Origin: an uncultured Sphingomonas sp.
Lineage (GTDB): Bacteria; Pseudomonadota; Alphaproteobacteria; Sphingomonadales; Sphingomonadaceae
Direction: 5' to 3'
Length of the DNA stretch: 64,000 nucleotides
Assembly (NCBI RefSeq): GCF_964244235.1
Contig: NZ_CAXTII010000001.1
Location: 2,882 to 66,881, forward strand
A program made the translations under genes and the position numbers. The first letter of the stretch is position 1. The number at the start of each line of letters is the position of its first letter. Below the pieces are notes generated by a model. The model saw nothing but the letters and a program-made list of their open reading frames with translations, did no database searches and was not told the DNA's origin. Positions 39,004-47,561 of the stretch are shown here, piece after piece.

Positions 39004-39759
39004 ATGAGGGAGCCGCAGCCGCACGAGGTCCGTACATCGCTCGGGCGAAACCTGACGCACGGCATGCTGGACGCGCTCGGTCGGGCGATCGTGACCGGTA
39101 TCTACGAGGAACGGCGTTTCCCGACCGAGGCCGATCTGGCCGCCCAGCACGGGGTCAGCCGGTCCGTGACCCGTGAGGCCGTCAAGATGCTGACCGCGAA
39201 GGGATTGCTGTCCGCCCGGCCGCGGCAGGGGACGATCGTCCAGCCGGCGACGAACTGGAACCTGTTCGACCCCGATGTGCTCGGCTGGCTGCTCGACCGC
39301 AAATTCTCGTTGCCCCTGCTGCGTCATTTCAACGAACTTCGGATCGGCATCGAACCGATGGCGTCGCGGCTCGCAGCCGATCACGCCGGTCCCGACCACA
39401 AGGCCGCGATCCGCGGCGGGTTCGACCGGATGGTCGCGGCGGAAGCCGGCGACGACGATCCGCTGGACGCGGACATCGCGTTCCACGTCGCGATCCTTCG
39501 CGCCGCCGGCAATCCGTTCTTCGCGCAGTTCGAGGATCTGGTGTCCACCGCTCTTCGGTCGTCGATCCGCTTCACCAACCGCTTCCAGGGGCGAAGCGCC
39601 GATCTCGCCGAGCACCGCGCGGTGCTGATCGCGATCGAAGCCGCTGATGGCGCTGCGGCCAACGCCGCGATGCACAAGATCATCAACGACGTGCTCGCGC
39701 TGATCGCCCAGGGCGGTGCACCAGGGTTGCCGGGAATGCCTCCCCGTCGACGCGGGTGA
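39004..39759 (+). CDS. GntR/FadR family transcriptional regulator
   Basis: LAAQHGVSRSVTREAVKMLTAKGLL is a winged helix. It has a C-terminal FCD-like helical domain. Confidence 0.85.
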   Translation: MREPQPHEVRTSLGRNLTHGMLDALGRAIVTGIYEERRFPTEADLAAQHGVSRSVTREAVKMLTAKGLLSARPRQGTIVQPATNWNLFDPDVLGWLLDRKFSLPLLRHFNELRIGIEPMASRLAADHAGPDHKAAIRGGFDRMVAAEAGDDDPLDADIAFHVAILRAAGNPFFAQFEDLVSTALRSSIRFTNRFQGRSADLAEHRAVLIAIEAADGAAANAAMHKIINDVLALIAQGGAPGLPGMPPRRRG

Positions 39760-41519
39760 CGATTGCGACGCCACGCGACAATCCCGGTCGCGCTGCGCCA
39801 ATACCCGCGATAGGCAGGGACCGCATGACCGCCGCACCGTCTCTTCATTCCGCTCATATGGCCGCAGTCAGGGCCGCGCAGGACGGGCAGACTGAGGTTG
39901 CGGCGACGCTGTTTGCCTCCGCGTTGGCCGATGCGCAGGCGGACGCGCGTTTTCTGGCCGATTACGCGGCCTTCGCTTCGACGATTGGTCAAACGGAGCT
40001 CGCATCGTCGCTTTACGAACGCGCCATCGCGGCGACCCCAGGCGACTCCCCGCCGCTCCGGCTGCGACATGCGCTCGCCACGATGGACGCCGGAAAGGTG
40101 GCTGCCGCGATCGGCTTGCTGGAGGGTTTGACGCGCGACCAACCGCGATCGCCGATGGCGTGGCAGGCGCTGGGGGCAGCTTTGCACGCCGCGGACCGGG
40201 CTGCGGATGCTCTGGCGGCGTTCAACCACGTCGTTGCGCTCGCGCCGCGTGATCCGCGTGGTTTATTGTCGTGTGCGCGCATGTCCGAAGAACTGGGTCT
40301 GCCCGCCACCGCCGCCTTTACTATCGCGCTAGCCGCCGCGCCGGACAGCGGGCCGGCGCGGCTCGGACTGGCAGCGGCCCAGGCTGGTGCAGGGCAGTCC
40401 GACCTTGCCGAGGCAACGCTGCAAACCGGTTTGGCACGCGCACCCGATTGGGCGGAGGGGTGGGCCGCGCTCGTATCGTTGGTCTATCGGTGGCAGGGAC
40501 ACGGGGCGAGTCTCAAGGCAGCCGAAGTCGCGTTGGCTGCCGCGCCCCGCGATGCGAATGTGGCGACGACCATGCTGCGGAGTATTGCGGCGGTCGGCGC
40601 AAACGATGCAGTACTTGGCATGCTGCATGCCATCAGGGCGGCGCTGGGCGATACGCTGCCGTTGGTGCTGATCGAAGCGCAGGCGGCAAGCGCGATCGGG
40701 GATATCGCGCGCGCGGATGCGGCGTTCGCGCGACTGGACGCGATTGCCGACCCGGTCGTGCTGCTCGCTCGCCTGCGTCATTCGTTGCGCACCTGCCGGC
40801 CGGACGATGCGATTGCGATCGGGCAGCCTATGATGGCAGGCCCGGCGGCGCGGTTCGCAACCCCCTATATGGGTACGGCGTGGCGAATGCTCAGCGACCC
40901 GCGCCATGCGTGGCTGGAAGGCGATCCGCAGCTGGTCGGCACCTATGATCTGGGGATCGACGCGCCCGATCTCGTGGTTCTCGCTGCCGAGTTGCGCACG
41001 CTGCACACCGCGCGTCACGCGCCGTTTGAACAGTCCATGCGCGGCGGCACGCAAACGGACGGCGTTCTGCTATCCCGGCAGTCGCCCGCTATTCGAAGAC
41101 TTCGCGTCGCGATCGAGTGCGCGGTTCGGGCGCATATCGACCAGTTGCCCGCACTGGATCGCGCCCACCCAACGCTTTCCGTACCGCGCAGCGAGTTTCG
41201 TTTCGCCGGGTCGTGGTCGGTCCGGCTGTCGGACGGCGGACATCACGTCAACCATGTCCACAGCGAAGGATGGCTCAGCTCCGCATGCTACATCGCTTTG
41301 CCCGACGCGATGACGGACGGACGAGCGGATGACGAGGCGGGATGGCTGACATTGGGGCAGCCGCCCGTCGATCTCGGGCTCGACCTGCCACCGGTACGGA
41401 CGGTGCAACCGGCCGTGGGGCAGGTCACGTTGTTTCCGTCCACGATGTGGCACGGCACGCGCCCCGCCCCGGCGGGTGAACGGCTGACCGTGGCGTTCGA
41501 CGTGCAGCCGCTGACCTGA
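39756..41519 (+). CDS. TPR-repeat protein fused to a 2OG-Fe(II) oxygenase-like C-terminal domain (2OG-FeII_Oxy_5 type)
   Basis: The N-terminus has Ala-rich TPR-like repeats. The C-terminus has HVNHVHSEGWLSSACYIALPD...VTLFPSTMWHGTRP (iron ligands). The start is uncertain (39756 or 39825). Confidence 0.7.
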   Translation: MTIATPRDNPGRAAPIPAIGRDRMTAAPSLHSAHMAAVRAAQDGQTEVAATLFASALADAQADARFLADYAAFASTIGQTELASSLYERAIAATPGDSPPLRLRHALATMDAGKVAAAIGLLEGLTRDQPRSPMAWQALGAALHAADRAADALAAFNHVVALAPRDPRGLLSCARMSEELGLPATAAFTIALAAAPDSGPARLGLAAAQAGAGQSDLAEATLQTGLARAPDWAEGWAALVSLVYRWQGHGASLKAAEVALAAAPRDANVATTMLRSIAAVGANDAVLGMLHAIRAALGDTLPLVLIEAQAASAIGDIARADAAFARLDAIADPVVLLARLRHSLRTCRPDDAIAIGQPMMAGPAARFATPYMGTAWRMLSDPRHAWLEGDPQLVGTYDLGIDAPDLVVLAAELRTLHTARHAPFEQSMRGGTQTDGVLLSRQSPAIRRLRVAIECAVRAHIDQLPALDRAHPTLSVPRSEFRFAGSWSVRLSDGGHHVNHVHSEGWLSSACYIALPDAMTDGRADDEAGWLTLGQPPVDLGLDLPPVRTVQPAVGQVTLFPSTMWHGTRPAPAGERLTVAFDVQPLT

Positions 41520-41585
41520 CGCGATTTGACGCCGCGGCGCAATGCGATATGTTGATCCGTAGCGTTTTGCCGGGGGGGATGGGCA

Positions 41586-41825
41586 ATGACCGTGTTGATC
41601 GGATTGTTGATGGTGGCGCAGGTTGCCGCAGGTACGGCCCAGACGCCGACGACGCCCGTTGGACGCAGGCCGCAACCCGACAAGCTGATTTGTGTCGAGG
41701 CACAACAACTGGGCACCCGGCTGGGTGGGCACCGGGTTTGCAGGACCAAAGCGGAATGGGATCAGGATCGCCAGAACGTGAGGTCCGATACGGAGAACGC
41801 ACAGCGTACCAATATTCACGAGTAA
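41586..41825 (+). CDS. 79-aa secreted protein with two cysteines (hypothetical)
   Basis: MTVLIGLLMVAQVAAGTAQ is a signal peptide. The mature part is ...LICVEAQQLGTRLGGHRVCRTKAEWDQDRQ. Confidence 0.55.
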   Translation: MTVLIGLLMVAQVAAGTAQTPTTPVGRRPQPDKLICVEAQQLGTRLGGHRVCRTKAEWDQDRQNVRSDTENAQRTNIHE

Positions 41826-41853
41826 CACTGGCTCGCCGTTTAGCCGATCGCAG

Positions 41854-42390
41854 TCAGCCGGTGCGGCGGACCCTAATCGCGGGCTGTCCGCCGACGCTCA
41901 TCTTGAATGAATTCAGCGCCGCACGAGTGATGAGCACTGTCGTTCCCGCGCGCGGCGCACTGCCGATCGTGTAATCGTCGATCTGATGCCAGCGGCTGCC
42001 GTCCTGCAGCGAGAACACCCATTTGCCCGATGCATCGGTGGAGGCGCTTGCGATCGCCCCCCGGACTTCCTTGACGGTTCCACCGTTCGCTTCGTTTGCA
42101 AAGATCGCGCTACCTCTGGGGGCAAGCCCGAATTGTTCGCGGCGTTGCCGCTCGACCTGCGCCTTGTCGACGACCGCGATCGATCCCGAATCGATCCGTG
42201 CGCTCAACCGGTCGAGTTCGCGGTCGACGCATGCGAGCCGATCGGCAGATGTCGCGATCTTGCGACAAGCGAGCAGCGTATCGATCGCTTGCGACTGATC
42301 CGCAGCGGCTCGCCTGTCCGCAGCCAGCGCCGGTGAGGGCGCGAGCAATGCGAATGCCGACACGAGGTGCAGCAAAGGGCGGGCCGGCAT
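41854..42390 (-). CDS. Secreted hypothetical protein
   Basis: MPARPLLHLVSAFALLAPSPALA is a signal peptide. It is divergent from the TonB-dependent receptor. Confidence 0.55.
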   Translation of the reverse strand: MPARPLLHLVSAFALLAPSPALAADRRAAADQSQAIDTLLACRKIATSADRLACVDRELDRLSARIDSGSIAVVDKAQVERQRREQFGLAPRGSAIFANEANGGTVKEVRGAIASASTDASGKWVFSLQDGSRWHQIDDYTIGSAPRAGTTVLITRAALNSFKMSVGGQPAIRVRRTG

Positions 42391-42582
42391 ATTTTCTCCT
42401 CGATCGATCGACACTGACTGACTGCGTAATGCGCATCATGCAAGCTGTGTCTTCGGCGCAACGACACGTTGTAAAAGTGTCGGAGATTACGATTTTGTGA
42501 CTTGATTGGATCGAGCGAGACATAGAGGAGCGTCCCCAGAAGGCCCGTCAGCGGTCTCGGCGTTTTCAAAGGGGCAATTTCC

Positions 42583-45500
42583 ATGATGAAGCAGGTCAAG
42601 CCGTTGCTGCTCGCGACGACCGTCATCGCCGGCGCGTTCGCCGCGATGCCAGCCTTCGCGCAAGACAACCCGGCAAAGACGCTGCCGACTGCACCAGTCA
42701 TCGGTGGCAGTTCGGCTTCGGCGCTCCCGACAGACCCGGCGCAGCCCGCATCCGAAAGCGGCCAGGACATCGTCGTCACCGGTTCGCGCATCACGAGCCC
42801 AGGCGCTCTGTCGGCCAGCCCGCTGACCACGATCAACGCGCAGGAGATCAAGCTCGAGGGCGTGACCCGCACCGAGGATTTGCTGAACAGCCTGCCGCAG
42901 GTCTTCGCCGGCCAGGGTGGCAACTTGTCGAACGGTGCCAGCGGCACCGCGACGATCAACCTTCGCGATCTCGGTTCGCAGCGCACGCTGGTCCTGATCA
43001 ACGGCCGCCGCCTGATGCCAGGTGATCCCGGTTCGTCGGCTGCCGACATCAATTTCGTACCGGCCGCGCTGATCGAACGCGTCGATGTACTTACCGGCGG
43101 TGCGTCGTCGACCTATGGTTCCGACGCGATCGCGGGCGTCGTCAACTTCGTGATGAACACGCGGTTCGAGGGCGTTCGCCTGGACGCGCAGTACAGCTTC
43201 CTGGACCATGACAACAACAACGCGACCGCGGACGCCGTTTTCCGCGATCCGGCTGGGGGTCGCGGGTTCGCCTACCCGCAGGGCCATACCGACCTGGGCG
43301 CGACGCAGAACATCACTGCCGTCATCGGCACTGGTGGCGCGGATGGCCGCAGCCATGTGGTCGCCTATGCCGGTTATCGCCAGATCCAGGCGGTGACGCA
43401 GGACAGTTACGATTACTCGGCCTGTTCGCTCGCCGAGGTTACGTCAGCTTTAGGCTTCAATTGCTCTGGTTCGGGAACAACCAGCCCTGCACGTTTCATC
43501 ATAGGCAGCGCACAGCGGACGATCAATCCGGCTACCGGCAACACCTTCTATGCCTATAACGGCGGGCGCGACGCTTTCAACTTCGCGCCGTACAACTATT
43601 ACCAGCGTCCCGATAAGCGTTACACCGCTGGTGTGTTCGCAGATTACGAGATCACGCCAGCGTTCGACCCGTACATCGAATTCATGTTCATGGACGATCG
43701 ATCGACCGCGGTCATCGCCCCTTCGGGCATTTTTGGCCAGACTATCAACGTCAACTGCAACAATCCGCTGTTGTCGGCGGAAGAAGCTGGTGAAATTTGC
43801 GGCGCTAATGCTGGATCGACTACCGCCACGGGTGCCGTCTCGATCGGTAAGCGCAACGTCGAGGGCGGGGGTCGTGCGAACGATCTACGTCACACCGACT
43901 ATCGCTACGTCGTCGGTATGAAGGGCCAGATCGATCCTGCCTTCAGCTATGATGGCTACCTGCAGTTCGGCCGCGTCGTCTACGCCGAGAACTATCAGAA
44001 CGATTTTTCAGTCAACCGTACTCGTGCGGCGCTGAACGACGTTGTCAACGCGATCATTCCCGGAAGCATCACGGCAGCAAATCCCAAGGGTACGCTTTAC
44101 AACACAACCCAGCCAGCCGGAGCAATTATCTGCGCCGACCCCAATGCAGTTGCTCAGGGCTGCGTCCCCTACAACATCTTTGCGCTTAATTCGGTTACGC
44201 CGGGCGCGCTTAACTACCTGCAGACCCCGGGTTTTCAGGAAGGCACGGTAGACGAATACGTTGCCAACTTCTCAGTCACGGGTGATCTGGGCAAATACGG
44301 CATCAAGTCGCCGTTCGCGTCCAATGGCGTCGGTGTCAACTTCGGTACCGAATATCGCAAGGAGCAGTTGCAGTTGCTGACCGATGCGGAATTCACCAGC
44401 GGTGATCTTGCCGGTCAAGGTGGCCCTACCATCGGTGTGGCCGGTTCGTTCAACGTCTACGAATTCTTCGCCGAAGCGAGCGTCCCGGTCATCGAAGACA
44501 AGACGCTGTTCAAGTCGCTGGTCGTGAATGGTGGCTATCGCCGGTCGCACTATAACCTTGCCGGCAACACCGACACGTACAAGGGCGACGTCGTCTGGCA
44601 GCCAGTCGGTCCGCTGCGGCTTCGCGCAAGCTACAATCGCGCGGTTCGTGCGCCGAACGTGCAGGAACTGTTCTCGCCCGCTAGCCAGAGTCTGTTCACG
44701 GGAAGCGATCCCTGCTCCGGTGCTGCAGTTAACGGCCTTACAAACGGTACAACGAAAGGTCCCGCGGCTGGTGCGACGGGATATACCGCTGCTCAGTGCG
44801 CCCGGTCCGGCGTGACGGCCGCGGAGTTCGGAAACATCGTCAACAATACGGCCAACCAGTACGTCCAATTCGGTGGCGGCAATCCTAACCTGAAGCCCGA
44901 AGTGTCGGATACCTACAGCGCTGGTGCAGTCATCGCTCCGACGCAGGGCGTGCTGCGTGGCCTGGTTATCTCGGCTGATTACTTCAACATCAAGGTCAAG
45001 GGCGCGATCGGTACTGTTGGTGCGCAGATCATTTTGAACCAGTGCCTCGCCAACGGTAGCCCGACATTTTGTAGCCTGGTCCAGCGCGATCCCACCAACG
45101 GATCACTGTTTCTGGGCACCAATGGTCAGGTCGTGAATACGACCTTGAATATCGGTCAGCTTCAGACGCGCGGTGTCGACGTGGCTGGTAGCTATCGCTT
45201 CGACTTCGAGCGCGTTGGTCTCCATAATATAGGATCGCTTGGGATTGATTATACCGGCACGTTCCTGATTGACTTGAAGCAGTCTCCGGGAACGACGCTG
45301 GCTGATGGAACGACTACCTATAACTGTTCTGGTTACTACGGTACGAACTGCGGCGTTCCGGCGCCAAAATATCGTTCAAAGCTTCGTGTGACTTATAATG
45401 CCCCAAGTAACTTCCAGGTTTCGCTGAATTGGCGACACTACTCGGGCGTGAATGTCGATGCATCTAGCTCGAACGGTTTCATATCGAACCCCAGCATTGT

Positions 45501-45732
45501 TTACGCTTCGGACAGCCGTCTGCCCGCGTATAACTACTTCGATCTATCGACCAGCGTTCGCGTTGCCGACAAGTTCTCGCTGCACGTCGGCGCGAACAAC
45601 CTGCTCGACAAGGACCCGCCGCTCGTCGGTTCGAACAACCTGTCGGGCACGTTCGGCAACGGCAACACCTACCCGCAGGTCTATGACTCGATGGGCCGGT
45701 ACCTCTTCGCCGGTGTGACCGTCGACTTCTAA
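42583..45732 (+). CDS. TonB-dependent receptor (1049 aa)
   Basis: It has a signal peptide, the plug region QDIVVTGSRI...RTEDLLNSLPQV, RVDVLTGGASSTYGSDAIAGVVNF and the C-terminus RYLFAGVTVDF. Confidence 0.95.
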   Translation: MMKQVKPLLLATTVIAGAFAAMPAFAQDNPAKTLPTAPVIGGSSASALPTDPAQPASESGQDIVVTGSRITSPGALSASPLTTINAQEIKLEGVTRTEDLLNSLPQVFAGQGGNLSNGASGTATINLRDLGSQRTLVLINGRRLMPGDPGSSAADINFVPAALIERVDVLTGGASSTYGSDAIAGVVNFVMNTRFEGVRLDAQYSFLDHDNNNATADAVFRDPAGGRGFAYPQGHTDLGATQNITAVIGTGGADGRSHVVAYAGYRQIQAVTQDSYDYSACSLAEVTSALGFNCSGSGTTSPARFIIGSAQRTINPATGNTFYAYNGGRDAFNFAPYNYYQRPDKRYTAGVFADYEITPAFDPYIEFMFMDDRSTAVIAPSGIFGQTINVNCNNPLLSAEEAGEICGANAGSTTATGAVSIGKRNVEGGGRANDLRHTDYRYVVGMKGQIDPAFSYDGYLQFGRVVYAENYQNDFSVNRTRAALNDVVNAIIPGSITAANPKGTLYNTTQPAGAIICADPNAVAQGCVPYNIFALNSVTPGALNYLQTPGFQEGTVDEYVANFSVTGDLGKYGIKSPFASNGVGVNFGTEYRKEQLQLLTDAEFTSGDLAGQGGPTIGVAGSFNVYEFFAEASVPVIEDKTLFKSLVVNGGYRRSHYNLAGNTDTYKGDVVWQPVGPLRLRASYNRAVRAPNVQELFSPASQSLFTGSDPCSGAAVNGLTNGTTKGPAAGATGYTAAQCARSGVTAAEFGNIVNNTANQYVQFGGGNPNLKPEVSDTYSAGAVIAPTQGVLRGLVISADYFNIKVKGAIGTVGAQIILNQCLANGSPTFCSLVQRDPTNGSLFLGTNGQVVNTTLNIGQLQTRGVDVAGSYRFDFERVGLHNIGSLGIDYTGTFLIDLKQSPGTTLADGTTTYNCSGYYGTNCGVPAPKYRSKLRVTYNAPSNFQVSLNWRHYSGVNVDASSSNGFISNPSIVYASDSRLPAYNYFDLSTSVRVADKFSLHVGANNLLDKDPPLVGSNNLSGTFGNGNTYPQVYDSMGRYLFAGVTVDF

Positions 45733-45738
45733 GGGTCT

Positions 45739-45774
45739 GGACTCCGCTGGCAGATGAACCTGCCGGCGGAGTTC
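45739..45774 (+). terminator. Stem-loop directly after the receptor gene
   Basis: GACTCCGCTGGCAG / CTGCCGGCGGAGTTC form an approximately 12-bp stem with one mismatch and a 6-nt loop. There is no T-run. Confidence 0.4.
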
Positions 45775-45779
45775 CCCTA

Positions 45780-46898
45780 ATGTCGCGCGACGACCAGAAA
45801 TTTCTACTCGCCGGGCAGGCCGATGCGGCTGCAGCACGGCGTGACTTGCCGGCTGCTGCGGCGCTGCTGGCGGAACTGGCGGCACACGACCCGGGCGATG
45901 CCGCGACCTGGAAGAAACTGGCGGCGATCCGTCGTGCGCTGGGCCAGCATGACGATGCGATGATCGCGATCGGCCATGCGCTGGCGATCGAACCGCGCGA
46001 CCCCCTATCGCTGCTGCTGAAGGCGGGCCTGATCGAAGCGAAGGGCGACGATGCCGAAGAGCCGTATCGCGCCGCCTTGTCCCTGATCGACGAACCCGAT
46101 GCCGCACCGCCCGCGCTTCGTGCCCGGCTGGAGCATGCGCGCCGCTACTGCGACACTGCGCATCGTTCGCGGACCGTGCGATTGTCCGGGATCGCGGCTT
46201 CGGAAATCGACCGGCTCGGCTGTACGCGCGAGGAATGCGCGCGGATCGACGCGTTCGTACTCGGCATTGCGGACGCGGTGTCGCCGGTGCTCCCGATGCT
46301 GTTGCGGCTCCCCTATCACGACTCCGCAACCTTTGCCGGATTGGCCGCAGTGGCGCGCGGGCATGCCGCCTTTACCGCCGAGTATCTACGGCTGATGGCC
46401 GACGATGCGATGGCGGCTGCGCCCTATATCGACCACCCGACCGACGTTCCGCTCGATCAATGGGTAGATCTCAACCGCTCGCGACAATGGAGCGCCGTGC
46501 ATCTGTGGCGCGGGGGGGGCATCGTCCGCGGCAACGCCGATCGCTGTCCGGCAACCGTCAAGGCCTTTGCAGCCTTGCCGACGCCGGTAATCGGCGGCCG
46601 ATCGCCCAATCTGATGTTCTCCATCCTGGCACCGCATACCCACATCCCGCCCCATGTCGGCGTGACGAACGTCAGGCTCGTTGTACATATTCCGTTGATC
46701 ATTCCCGAAGACTGTTCGCTGACCGTGGGCGGCGAACGTCGCGGGTGGATGCTGGGCGAAGCGATCGTGTTCGACGACACGATCGAGCATGAAGCGGTCA
46801 ACGACAGCGACGACACGCGCGTGGTGCTGATCGGCGACCTGTGGCATCCCGACCTCAGCGCGAGAGAGCGGACCGTGCTTCACGCGCTGATGGCGTAG
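45780..46898 (+). CDS. TPR-repeat protein fused to an aspartyl/asparaginyl beta-hydroxylase-type domain
   Basis: The N-terminus has TPR-like repeats (AATWKKLAAIRRALGQHDDAMIAIGHALAIEPRD). The C-terminus has LAPHTHIPPHVGVTNVRLVVHIPLIIP...FDDTIEHEAVN. Confidence 0.8.
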   Translation: MSRDDQKFLLAGQADAAAARRDLPAAAALLAELAAHDPGDAATWKKLAAIRRALGQHDDAMIAIGHALAIEPRDPLSLLLKAGLIEAKGDDAEEPYRAALSLIDEPDAAPPALRARLEHARRYCDTAHRSRTVRLSGIAASEIDRLGCTREECARIDAFVLGIADAVSPVLPMLLRLPYHDSATFAGLAAVARGHAAFTAEYLRLMADDAMAAAPYIDHPTDVPLDQWVDLNRSRQWSAVHLWRGGGIVRGNADRCPATVKAFAALPTPVIGGRSPNLMFSILAPHTHIPPHVGVTNVRLVVHIPLIIPEDCSLTVGGERRGWMLGEAIVFDDTIEHEAVNDSDDTRVVLIGDLWHPDLSARERTVLHALMA

Positions 46899-46915
46899 AT
46901 CATCGACGCCCCCCG

Positions 46916-47434
46916 TCAGCCGACCTTCTGCTCCGCGATATAGTCGCCCGGGTCCTTGCCGACCGCCTTCACCCCGTCGACATACCGCGCGTCGAACGCC
47001 GCGAATTTGATGCCGGCGCGGTGGCGTTCGTCGGCGCTGGTGTGGCGGCGGTAGTCTGTCATGCCCTGGCGTTCTTCCTCCGCCATGTGCTTGCTGTTGG
47101 CTTCGTTCGCCTTCTCGACGGCCTTGAACCAGGCGTCGGTCCCGGTCTTTTCCTTGGCGACCGCGGCGGCGCTGTCGCGAATCTCGTTATGGTCGTCGAT
47201 CGCGTCCTCGACCTCGTCCTTCATCCCGTCGGCATCGCCCGCGCCCTCGCCGCGGCGGACGACGATGGGGTAGAAAAAGCGCTCTTCCGCTTCGGCATGG
47301 GTGTCGAGCAGCTTGCGCAGGCGACCCCATACCGCGTCGAGCGAGGCGATATCCGTACGGTCGATCTCCTCGATGATGCCGAACAGCTTACGTTGCTCGG
47401 CATGGTCGTCGAGTATCAACTGACAGATATCCAT
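46916..47434 (-). CDS. Hemerythrin domain protein
   Basis: MDICQLILDDHAEQRKLF...LLDTHAEAEERFFYP...AIDDHNEIR are His/Glu iron ligands. Confidence 0.85.
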   Translation of the reverse strand: MDICQLILDDHAEQRKLFGIIEEIDRTDIASLDAVWGRLRKLLDTHAEAEERFFYPIVVRRGEGAGDADGMKDEVEDAIDDHNEIRDSAAAVAKEKTGTDAWFKAVEKANEANSKHMAEEERQGMTDYRRHTSADERHRAGIKFAAFDARYVDGVKAVGKDPGDYIAEQKVG

Positions 47435-47467
47435 TCGCTCTTCCCACGTTTGTTGCCGTCATCACGC

Positions 47468-47492
47468 AACCGGTCGAGCGCCGATCGGTTCC
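47468..47492 (-). promoter_or_regulatory. EcfG-type promoter candidate upstream of the hemerythrin gene
   Basis: The minus strand reads GGAAC (47492-47488), N16, GGTT (47471-47468). The -10 element ends 33 nt upstream of the ATG at 47434. The geometry matches the nepR-side element. Confidence 0.45.
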
Positions 47493-47561
47493 CCTGGCGT
47501 CGGGACTGACAACGGCGTTCATCTGTGCGATGGCGCGCCAAAATATATTCAGGAGCAAGGC

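Noticed and set aside
42415-42582. Cobalamin or other riboswitch upstream of the TonB-dependent receptor
   Set aside because: No B12-box-like core is visible, and the receptor is far larger than BtuB-type proteins. An Rfam scan would settle it.
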